DNA of 64,000 bases from an uncultured Alphaproteobacteria bacterium (GTDB lineage: Bacteria; Pseudomonadota; Alphaproteobacteria; HIMB59; GCA-002718135), in contig CACMRK010000004.1 in NCBI GenBank assembly GCA_902616075.1, forward strand, positions 22,346 through 86,345. Reading direction: 5' to 3'. Positions 48,868 to 56,252 of this stretch are shown here, piece after piece. Each line of letters begins with the position of its first letter. Position 1 is the first letter of the stretch. A program made the translations under genes and the position numbers. The notes beneath the pieces are model-generated. The model saw nothing but the letters and a program-made list of their open reading frames with translations. It was not told where the DNA came from and made no database searches.

Positions 48868-49009
48868 ATTACCCTCCTTAAAGATACAATCTTAATTCTT
48901 AAAGTTTTGTCTAAATTAGGTCAACATGTAAGCTAAAATTAATAATTTATACGTTGAATTAAAACGTTATATATGTTTTTATATATTAACTTAAGTTTGT
49001 TTTTTGTTA

Positions 49010-49023
49010 AATTTCTAGAAATT
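49010..49023. promoter_or_regulatory. perfect 14-bp palindrome AATTTCTAGAAATT in the divergent transporter control region
   Basis: Read directly from the sequence. It lies 46 nt upstream of the SBP ATG (49069). Confidence 0.3.
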
Positions 49024-49025
49024 AT

Positions 49026-49050
49026 GAACAAAAATCTTAGGTTTTTGTTC
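49026..49050 (+). promoter_or_regulatory. 5'-UTR hairpin immediately upstream of the SBP Shine-Dalgarno
   Basis: GAACAAAAAT (49026-49035) pairs with GTTTTTGTTC (49041-49050) as 9 Watson-Crick pairs plus 1 G:U, with a 5-nt loop. The SD GGGAGG follows at 49059-49064. Confidence 0.4.
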
Positions 49051-49068
49051 AAGTATAAGGGAGGACAA

Positions 49069-50697
49069 ATGAAAAATAAGAAAATAGACAAATACATTGA
49101 AGAACAGTCTTCAAAGCTAACAAAAGGGCTTATTGATAGAAGACAGTTTATGATGTCTGTCCTTGCTACTGGGGTCACGCTTCCAATTGCATTATCATTA
49201 GCAGATAAAGCAGTTGCAGCTACACCAAAAAAAGGTGGACATTTAAGATGGGGTAATAGTGCAGCAGATGCAACTGATACTCTTGATCCAGCAACTTATC
49301 AGAGCTCATTTATGCAAGCTACTGCTTGGTCATATCAGAACTGTCTAACTGTTGTTGATTCTGATCACACAATTGTTGGAGAGCTTGCTGAGTCAATTGA
49401 ATCAGATGATGCTCAAACTTGGGTATATAATCTTCGCAAAGGTGTTGAATTCCATAATGGTAAATCAATGACAGCAGAAGATGTTGTGCTCAACTACCAG
49501 TATCATATGAATCCAGATACTGCTTCGGCAGCAGGCGGACTGTTATCTCAAATTGAGACAGTTTCTGCTGATGGAAATGACAGAGTTATTTTTAAGCTAA
49601 AAGGTGCAAATGCCGATTGGCCTGCAATAACTACTGACTATCATATTATGATTAAACCAACAAAAGATGGAGTTGTTGATGCTCAATCAACGATTGGAAC
49701 TGGTCCATATATTATGGATGAATTCAATCCTGGTGTTGGTGCAAAATTTGGAAAAAGAAATCCAAATTATTTCAAAGGTGATAGTGTTGCACACTTTGAT
49801 TCAGTTGAAGTAATTGGTATTAATGATCCTGCTACTAGACAAGCAGCATTATTAAACGGTGAAATTGATTGGATGAATGGTGTTGATCTTAGAACTGCTA
49901 ATCTATTAACTAGAAATCCTAGTGTAGAAATTACAGCAGCTTCTGGTTACGCTCACTATACAGCTCCAATGCGATTGAACGTTCCACCGTTTGATAACTT
50001 TGATGTACGTATGGCAATGAAGTTTGCAATTAAAAGACAGGAAATTGTTGATAAGATTATGCTTGGATATGGTACTGTTGGTAATGATCATCCGATCTCT
50101 ACTGCTCACCCATATCACAATAGCGCTTTAGAGCAGAGAGAGTTTGATGCTGATAAAGCTGCATATCACTGGAAAAAATCTGGTGTAAGTGGACCAATTG
50201 AAATTAGTACTTCAGAGGTTCCTTATGCAGGATGTACAGATGCAACAAACTTGATTGCAGCATCTGCCCAAGAATGTGGTATCGATCTTAGAGTTAAAAA
50301 AGAGCCTGAAGATGGTTACTGGAGTAACGTATGGAACACAAAAGGTTTCAGTATGAGTTCTTGGGGTGGAAGACCTACAGAGGATATGATGTGGTCTGCT
50401 GCATTCACAGATGACACTGAATGGAACGAAGCTGCATGGGGTAATCTAGTTCAAACTGATTCAACTGTTCGTTTCAATGAACTTGTTAGATCTGCTAGAT
50501 CAGAACTTGATGCAGAAAAAAGAAAATCAATGTACTGGGAAGCACAAGCACTTTGTAACTACGATGGTGGTGCAATTGTTTATGCATTTAACCAATACGT
50601 TGGTGCTGGTTCTAAAAAACTTGCTCACGGTGAAGATGTTGCTGGTAACTGGGAAAGTGACGGTAACAAACTTTCTGAACGTTGGTGGTTTGCATAA
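49069..50697 (+). CDS. ABC transporter substrate-binding protein, family 5 (DppA/OppA-like) with twin-arginine signal peptide
   Basis: I place the start at ATG 49069 (SD GGGAGG 4 nt upstream) rather than the track's 48973. Tat motif DRRQFMMSVLATGVTLPIALSLADKAVA|A. Family-5 SBP body. Visibly higher G+C and codon bias than its neighbours. Confidence 0.85.
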   Translation: MKNKKIDKYIEEQSSKLTKGLIDRRQFMMSVLATGVTLPIALSLADKAVAATPKKGGHLRWGNSAADATDTLDPATYQSSFMQATAWSYQNCLTVVDSDHTIVGELAESIESDDAQTWVYNLRKGVEFHNGKSMTAEDVVLNYQYHMNPDTASAAGGLLSQIETVSADGNDRVIFKLKGANADWPAITTDYHIMIKPTKDGVVDAQSTIGTGPYIMDEFNPGVGAKFGKRNPNYFKGDSVAHFDSVEVIGINDPATRQAALLNGEIDWMNGVDLRTANLLTRNPSVEITAASGYAHYTAPMRLNVPPFDNFDVRMAMKFAIKRQEIVDKIMLGYGTVGNDHPISTAHPYHNSALEQREFDADKAAYHWKKSGVSGPIEISTSEVPYAGCTDATNLIAASAQECGIDLRVKKEPEDGYWSNVWNTKGFSMSSWGGRPTEDMMWSAAFTDDTEWNEAAWGNLVQTDSTVRFNELVRSARSELDAEKRKSMYWEAQALCNYDGGAIVYAFNQYVGAGSKKLAHGEDVAGNWESDGNKLSERWWFA

Positions 50698-50713
50698 AAT
50701 ATTAATTTTCTTT

Positions 50714-50735
50714 GTGGCGCATTTAAATGCGCCAC
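50714..50735 (+). terminator. GC-rich hairpin (terminator/attenuator) after the SBP gene
   Basis: The 22-nt perfect palindrome GTGGCGCATTTAAATGCGCCAC sits 16 nt after the SBP stop, followed by a T-containing tract (ACTATTTCT). The next gene starts 26 nt downstream. Confidence 0.65.
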
Positions 50736-50761
50736 ACTATTTCTACTAATCTTCCAAAAAA

Positions 50762-51685
50762 ATGTTTTTAAAAAATAAGAAATACCTCTTTGATGGAGGT
50801 TCCGGTCAAACTTTAATGGAGATGGGTTTAGAGACAACAGGCGATCTTTGGTCAGCACAAGCTTTATTAAATGAAAATAATCACCAAATGGTCTTAGAAA
50901 TGCATAAAAATTTTATAAATGCTGGATCACAATTAATAGTCACTTCAAATTTTAGTGTTAGAAGGAGGCTATTAAAAAAATATAATTTACTTGATAAATT
51001 TGAATTTGGAATAAGATCTGCTGGATCACTAGCATTAAAAGCAAAAAATGAAAGTGATAAAAAAGTTATTGTTGCTGGCTCATTGCCAAATCAAGGTAAT
51101 ACATATTCCCCAATACATTTTGAAACTGATGAAACAATGTTTAATTATTTTCATGAAATTGCAAAAATATTAAATGATTATGTCGATATATTTTACTTAG
51201 ATGTTTTGTGTTCCATCAAAGAAATAAAAATTGCTCTAGAAGCTTCAAAAGAATTTAATAAACAAGTTCTTGTAGGTGTACACTTACGTTATGATGGAAA
51301 ATTACCATCTGGAGAAAGTCTTGATGAACTTTTTGAAACTATTCAAAAATTTAATTGTTGCGGCATAGTATCAGCCTGTGTATCGCCTGAAATTGTTAAT
51401 TTGAGTATTCCTATATTTAATAAACAAAAGCTTCCTTTTGGTTATAAAATGAATTTATTTAAAGAACTGCCTACTAGTAATAAAGAAAAATTTAATTCAG
51501 AGGGCTTTGAAGGACATTATGATTATATTGATCCCGTTGAGTTACTTGGAACTCGAAATGAAGAATTTGGAGAAGATAAATATAAAAAGTTTGTTTTAAA
51601 ATCTTTAAATGAAGGTGTTACTCTAGTTGGTGGATGCTGTGAAGTGAAGCCACGACATATTGAAGCTATTAAGAATTTATTTTAA
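50762..51685 (+). CDS. homocysteine S-methyltransferase family protein (BHMT/MmuM-like)
   Basis: Pfam S-methyl_trans pattern, including an N-terminal LFDGGSGQTL and the C-terminal zinc-ligand GGCCEVKPRHI. Confidence 0.75.
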   Translation: MFLKNKKYLFDGGSGQTLMEMGLETTGDLWSAQALLNENNHQMVLEMHKNFINAGSQLIVTSNFSVRRRLLKKYNLLDKFEFGIRSAGSLALKAKNESDKKVIVAGSLPNQGNTYSPIHFETDETMFNYFHEIAKILNDYVDIFYLDVLCSIKEIKIALEASKEFNKQVLVGVHLRYDGKLPSGESLDELFETIQKFNCCGIVSACVSPEIVNLSIPIFNKQKLPFGYKMNLFKELPTSNKEKFNSEGFEGHYDYIDPVELLGTRNEEFGEDKYKKFVLKSLNEGVTLVGGCCEVKPRHIEAIKNLF

Positions 51686-51726
51686 AATTTTTTTTTCATT
51701 ATTTTGTGATAAGTTGAATAAATTTT

Positions 51727-52956
51727 ATGGGAGATTTAATTAGTAATTACAGATTTGTCGTTAAGCCAGTTATTAAGGAAACTGGTAGATCTTTGGATTT
51801 GGCTAGGCCCATGAAAATACATCCTCTCACTTATCAAGAGTTACCACTCAACCCAGAATATACTAACTACGCCGATGGAAGATTTACGCTTGAAAAATTA
51901 TCTCATGCTACAGCAGATGAAATGTATTGGAAAGCTAGACAAGAAATAATTTTAAGACATACGGGCGAGCATCCATACGAAATTTCTGGTCCGGATGCTG
52001 AAAATTTACTTCAACAAATATTTCCTAGAGATATTTCAAAAGTAAAAATAGGACGATGTTCTTATCAATTTGCTTGTTATCATGATGGAGGAATGATTTC
52101 AGATGGATTATTATTAAGACTAGAAAAAAATAAATTTTGGTTTGCACAAGGTGATGGACATTTATACAGTTGGTACAAAGCTCATTCGAAAAATTTAGAT
52201 GTTGAAATTAAAGATCCAAATGTTTGGGTAAGTCAAATACAAGGACCTAAATCTCTAAAATTGTTAGAGAAACTAATTGATCAACCATTAAAAAATAATT
52301 TTAATTACTTTGATTGGATTGAAACTTCAATTGCTTCAGAAAAAGTAATTATAAGTAGAACAGGGTTTACGAATGAACTAGGTTGGGAAATTTATTTAAG
52401 GCCAGAAAATAATTCCAAAAAAATTGGGGACTTAATACTCAGTAAGGGTGAAGAAATGGGAATGATCCTAACAGCCTCTCCAGGGTTTAGATGTAGAAGA
52501 ATTGAGGCAGGTCTCTTATCTGCAGGGAGAGATTTTACAAGAGACAGATCTCCATTTGCTGTTGGATTAGGAAAATTTATAGATTTTAATAAGGGAGATT
52601 TTATTGGAAGAGATTATTTACTAAATACAAGCAAAGATTGTTTAACATGGGGTATGAGAGTGGAAAATAGTTTTGCATTGGTTGATTCTGAAATTTCTAT
52701 TAATAATAAAAAAGTTGGAATTGTAACTTCAAGTACATGGTCGCCATTTCAAGTTTGTGGTGTTGCTATAGTTCATATGGATAAAGCAGAATTTGGACCA
52801 GATACAATAGTAGATGTTAGATGCGATGATGGTACTTTACAAAAAGGTGAAATATGTACTTTACCAATGTATGATGAGAAAGGAGAAATACAAAGAGGTT
52901 TAAAAGAAAATATTCCATCTAGCCCTATACCTTGGAAGGGTATTTCAAAAAACTAA
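51727..52956 (+). CDS. GcvT-family (aminomethyltransferase fold) protein, LigM/DesA-like putative THF-dependent demethylase
   Basis: 409 aa with GcvT-fold motifs (ISGPDAENLL, VSQIQGPKS, ISRTGFTNELGWEIY, RIEAGLLSAGRDF). The N-terminal PEYTNY...W region resembles LigM-type demethylases, from my recollection. Confidence 0.6.
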   Translation: MGDLISNYRFVVKPVIKETGRSLDLARPMKIHPLTYQELPLNPEYTNYADGRFTLEKLSHATADEMYWKARQEIILRHTGEHPYEISGPDAENLLQQIFPRDISKVKIGRCSYQFACYHDGGMISDGLLLRLEKNKFWFAQGDGHLYSWYKAHSKNLDVEIKDPNVWVSQIQGPKSLKLLEKLIDQPLKNNFNYFDWIETSIASEKVIISRTGFTNELGWEIYLRPENNSKKIGDLILSKGEEMGMILTASPGFRCRRIEAGLLSAGRDFTRDRSPFAVGLGKFIDFNKGDFIGRDYLLNTSKDCLTWGMRVENSFALVDSEISINNKKVGIVTSSTWSPFQVCGVAIVHMDKAEFGPDTIVDVRCDDGTLQKGEICTLPMYDEKGEIQRGLKENIPSSPIPWKGISKN

Positions 52957-53004
52957 TATATTTTGTAATAGAATTATAAATTATATTAGAATACAAATAT
53001 TAAA

Positions 53005-54168
53005 ATGAATGATCTCATTAAACCTAGCAATAAAATCCATACAATAGATGATGCAATAAGATTATCTAAAAAAAGATTACCAAAATTAGTCTTTGACTTT
53101 ATTGATGGAGCATCAGGAGATGACAAACTTGCAGAAATTAATAGTACAGCATTAGATCAAATTAGACTTGAGCCTAAGGTTTTTAGAAATGTTGAGAATA
53201 GAAATTTAAGTAAAAAAATATTTGATTTTCATTTTGATTATCCATTTGGATTTGCACCAATGGGAATGACAAATCTTTCATGGCCTGATGCAGATAAAAT
53301 GATAGCAAAAGAAAGTGCGTATAATAATATTCCAACATGTGTTTCAATGGCTTCTAGTACTACGTTAGAAGATATGTTTACTTTTTCAGAAGGTCATTCG
53401 TGGATGCAAATATATATTTTTCAAAGTGAAGAATTTATTATGGAATTATTAAAAAGAGCAGAAAGTATTGGATACAAGGTCTTGATCCTCACTGTTGATG
53501 TTCCAATTCTTTCAAGAAGAGCTAGAGATGATAGAAATGGCTTTGGTTATCCATTTAAAATTGGCCCAAAACAATTTTTAGATTTTGCACTACATCCTCA
53601 ATGGAGTTTAACAACTTTGTTTAAAGGCGCTCCACAACCAATGAATTATGTTACCTCTAAAAGTGGTGATCAAATTTTTAGACGAAAAGAAAGTAGAGGA
53701 GCAACTGATTGGAGTACTCTAAAAAGGGTTCGAGAGGCTTGGAAAGGAAAATTAATAATCAAAGGAGTAATGAATTCTGAAGATGCTTTGAAAATTAAAG
53801 AGGCTGGTGCTGATGCAATTCAAGTATCAAATCATGGTGGAAGGCAATTAGATAGTGCTACTGCTTCTATTAATGCTTTGCCATTAATACGAAAAGCTTT
53901 GGGAGACGATTTTCCAATACTTTTTGATAGTGGCATTAGAAGTGGTAGTGATATTTTACGAGCATTAGCTCTGGGAGCTAACTTTGTTATGTTTGGCAGA
54001 CCTTTAATGTATGCTATTGGAGCAGATGGTGCAAGAGGTCTTAGAAGAATCATTAACCTAATTAAAGAAGAGTTAAGTACAAATCTTGGCTTAGTGGGAT
54101 TAACCGATATAAATGAAGTTGATAAAAAAATTATAGCAGAGAAATTTTTTAAGGATATAAAGTACTAA
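53005..54168 (+). CDS. FMN-dependent alpha-hydroxy acid dehydrogenase/oxidase (LldD/glycolate oxidase/MdlB family)
   Basis: TIM-barrel FMN motifs (LTVDVPILSRRARD, SNHGGRQLD, GIRSGSDILRALALGA). Confidence 0.85.
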   Translation: MNDLIKPSNKIHTIDDAIRLSKKRLPKLVFDFIDGASGDDKLAEINSTALDQIRLEPKVFRNVENRNLSKKIFDFHFDYPFGFAPMGMTNLSWPDADKMIAKESAYNNIPTCVSMASSTTLEDMFTFSEGHSWMQIYIFQSEEFIMELLKRAESIGYKVLILTVDVPILSRRARDDRNGFGYPFKIGPKQFLDFALHPQWSLTTLFKGAPQPMNYVTSKSGDQIFRRKESRGATDWSTLKRVREAWKGKLIIKGVMNSEDALKIKEAGADAIQVSNHGGRQLDSATASINALPLIRKALGDDFPILFDSGIRSGSDILRALALGANFVMFGRPLMYAIGADGARGLRRIINLIKEELSTNLGLVGLTDINEVDKKIIAEKFFKDIKY

Positions 54169-54169
54169 G

Positions 54170-55912
54170 ATGGGAGATAAAAAGATTAGAGGTGGGGCAT
54201 TAGTTGCAAGAGCTCTTAGAGACAAAGGTATTGATAATGTTTTTACACTTTCTGGAGGTTTTTGTAATCCGGCACTTGAAGGATTTATGGAGTGTCAAAT
54301 TAATGTAATTAATTGTCCTCATGAACAAATTGCTGGTCATTTAGCTGATGGTCATACCAGAATATCAAGAAAACCATCCGTTTGTATTGTGGGGCCCGAA
54401 GGTTTTGCAAATGCAGTACCCTCAATGATGGAAGCTTGGGGTGAAAGATCACCTGTTATTTTTATAACTGGATCAAGTAGTTTAAAAAGACAAGGAGCAG
54501 GCGGTTTTAAGGAAATAGATGATGTATCTATTGCAGCACCGTTAACAAAATACAGTGCAAGTATAACAGATGGCAACAGAATAAGAGAGTTCGTAGATAA
54601 AGCATATAGAATTGCAACAAATGGCTATCCTGGTGCAGTACATTTAAGTGTACCAGTAGATATAATGTTTTCATCATTTGCAGATGATGCAGGTTTAGAA
54701 GAAAGACCTTTTACTCATCAAAAGAAACCTTTAGCAAAAGCTTGGCCTGATCCTGAGAGTTTAAATGAAATATTTGATCTAGCAATTAGTGCACAAAAAC
54801 CTGTTTTTATAGGAGGGCATGGAGTTTGGTGGTCTAGTGCGGAACAAAAATTAGAACAAGCTGGGTTTGAATTAAATATTCCAATATTTAATATACCATA
54901 CCACCAAAAACTTTTAGGTGAAGAGGCAAATACATATATGGGTCTTGCAGATATTCATCAATACCCTCCATCAAAAATGGCTCTTCATGAATCAGATTTG
55001 GTTCTTATGATTGGTGCACGTCTTGATAATCAAATGAATTTTGGTAATCCTCCACTTTTTCCAAAAAGCACAAAGCTTGTTTGTATTAATGGATCACATG
55101 AAGAAATAGAATTAAATAGAGCTGCAGATATTAATTTACTTTGTGACCCTGGAGTCTTTTTGGATAAACTCTTAGAATTAAAGAAAAATAGTAAATGGAA
55201 ATTAAATAATGAATGGTTTGATAAGAATAAAAAAGAGAAAAAAAATTGGATTGATAAAACATTAGATGATTTAAATAAAGAAACTGAAGAGGCTAAAAAA
55301 AAAGGTGGAAAAATTCATCCTCTTCAGTTAGCTTTAGATGTTCAAGAAGTATTAACTGAAAATGATTGGTTAGTTATTGATGGTGGAAACACACATTTCT
55401 GGTCTGAGATTGCAATTAATATTGCTGGATCAAAAGGTAAAAAACTTGGAGGAATATTACATCCAGGTACTTTTAGTATGTTAGGTGTTGGAGTTCCTTT
55501 TGCAGTATCAGCGAAAAATCTTAATCCTAAATCTAATGTTGTTTTAATAAGTGGAGATGGTGCATTTTTATCTGGCGGATTATCAATTGAAGCTGCATTT
55601 CAAGAAAAAAAACCTATTGTTGTAGTTATCGATAACAATGGAGGTCTTGACTGTATTTCTCAACAACAAGAAAGGTTGTTTGAAAGTGGGAAACACTTTG
55701 CAACTGATTTTAGAGATATTCCATTTCATTCAATTTTTGAGGGTTTTGGAGGACATGGAGAATTAGTTACTAAAAGAGAAGATTTAGGCCCCGCTTTAAA
55801 AAGAGCGTTAAAAAGTGGTAAAACTGCATGTGTAAATGTTAAGGCTAAAGGTGTTATAAGTCCAATAGTTGCTGCAGTTAGTGATAAAAGAGATAAAGCG
55901 TCTATAGAGTAG
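54170..55912 (+). CDS. thiamine-diphosphate-dependent enzyme (ALS/BFD/Oxc superfamily; 2-oxoacid decarboxylase or 2-hydroxyacyl-CoA lyase-like)
   Basis: N-terminal PYR domain with catalytic HEQ, a GGFKEID motif, and the ThDP-binding motif GDGAFLSGG...NNGG. Starts 1 nt after the FMN enzyme gene. Confidence 0.8.
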   Translation: MGDKKIRGGALVARALRDKGIDNVFTLSGGFCNPALEGFMECQINVINCPHEQIAGHLADGHTRISRKPSVCIVGPEGFANAVPSMMEAWGERSPVIFITGSSSLKRQGAGGFKEIDDVSIAAPLTKYSASITDGNRIREFVDKAYRIATNGYPGAVHLSVPVDIMFSSFADDAGLEERPFTHQKKPLAKAWPDPESLNEIFDLAISAQKPVFIGGHGVWWSSAEQKLEQAGFELNIPIFNIPYHQKLLGEEANTYMGLADIHQYPPSKMALHESDLVLMIGARLDNQMNFGNPPLFPKSTKLVCINGSHEEIELNRAADINLLCDPGVFLDKLLELKKNSKWKLNNEWFDKNKKEKKNWIDKTLDDLNKETEEAKKKGGKIHPLQLALDVQEVLTENDWLVIDGGNTHFWSEIAINIAGSKGKKLGGILHPGTFSMLGVGVPFAVSAKNLNPKSNVVLISGDGAFLSGGLSIEAAFQEKKPIVVVIDNNGGLDCISQQQERLFESGKHFATDFRDIPFHSIFEGFGGHGELVTKREDLGPALKRALKSGKTACVNVKAKGVISPIVAAVSDKRDKASIE

Positions 55913-55915
55913 GTT

Positions 55916-56251
55916 ATGGCAATTTTTTCTACACATTTACTAAACTCAATAGATGGCACGCATGCGAGTGATGTAGAAATTGTTATTTATAAAGTAAATA
56001 ATAATAACAAAGTTGTATTTCTAGAAGATAAAACAGATAGTTCTGGAAGAATGCTTAAAGAATTTGAATTAACGAAAGAAGATTGTGAAAGTGATTATGA
56101 AATGATAATTAATTCTGGTAAATATTTTAGAAATACTAGTGAAATAATTAATTCAATCAGTGTTAAATTTAAAATGAAAGATCCTCTTAAAAAATATCAC
56201 ATACCTTTAATTGTTTCTCCAAATGGATACTCAATATGGTGGTCTAAATAA
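55916..56251 (+). CDS. transthyretin-like protein (HIU-hydrolase fold) lacking the C-terminal YRGS signature
   Basis: 111 aa aligning to the HIUase pattern: STHLLN (cf. THILD), SSGR (cf. DGR) and KYHIPLIVSPNGY (cf. HYHIPLLLSPFGY). It ends in SIWWSK instead of (T/V)YRGS. Confidence 0.7.
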   Translation: MAIFSTHLLNSIDGTHASDVEIVIYKVNNNNKVVFLEDKTDSSGRMLKEFELTKEDCESDYEMIINSGKYFRNTSEIINSISVKFKMKDPLKKYHIPLIVSPNGYSIWWSK

Positions 56252-56252
56252 A

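Noticed and set aside
48939-49178. 79-aa minus-strand ORF, and the 5' extension of the SBP ORF to 48973.
   Set aside because: Both span the divergent control region. The SBP has a strong SD and a plausible Tat n-region starting at ATG 49069. The extension encodes only low-complexity residues (MFLYINLSLFFVKFLEI...).
49069-50697. Higher G+C and different codon usage of the SBP gene (also of potD and BKACE) as a sign of horizontal transfer.
   Set aside because: There are no flanking mobility genes, tRNA-adjacent junctions or direct repeats. The pattern fits expression-linked codon bias of highly expressed binding proteins better.
50698-50761. Possible SAM riboswitch (SAM-II/SAM-V type) upstream of the homocysteine methyltransferase gene, as I recall being reported upstream of bhmT/mmuM/metY-type genes in SAR11.
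   Set aside because: Only 64 nt are available, and a simple perfect hairpin dominates them. I could not find the AAAGC/GCUUU-type pseudoknot pairing expected for SAM-II/V. A covariance-model scan would be decisive.
50477-50858. ORFs 50477..50749 (+) and 50625..50858 (-), which cross the SBP 3' end and the terminator hairpin.
   Set aside because: They overlap a strongly supported SBP gene, run through the palindromic terminator and have no motifs. They are frame artefacts.
55916-56251. Calling the transthyretin-like gene a 5-hydroxyisourate hydrolase (hiuH/pucM).
   Set aside because: The diagnostic C-terminal YRGS is missing (the protein ends WWSK) and no purine-catabolic neighbours are present. 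I kept only the fold-level call.
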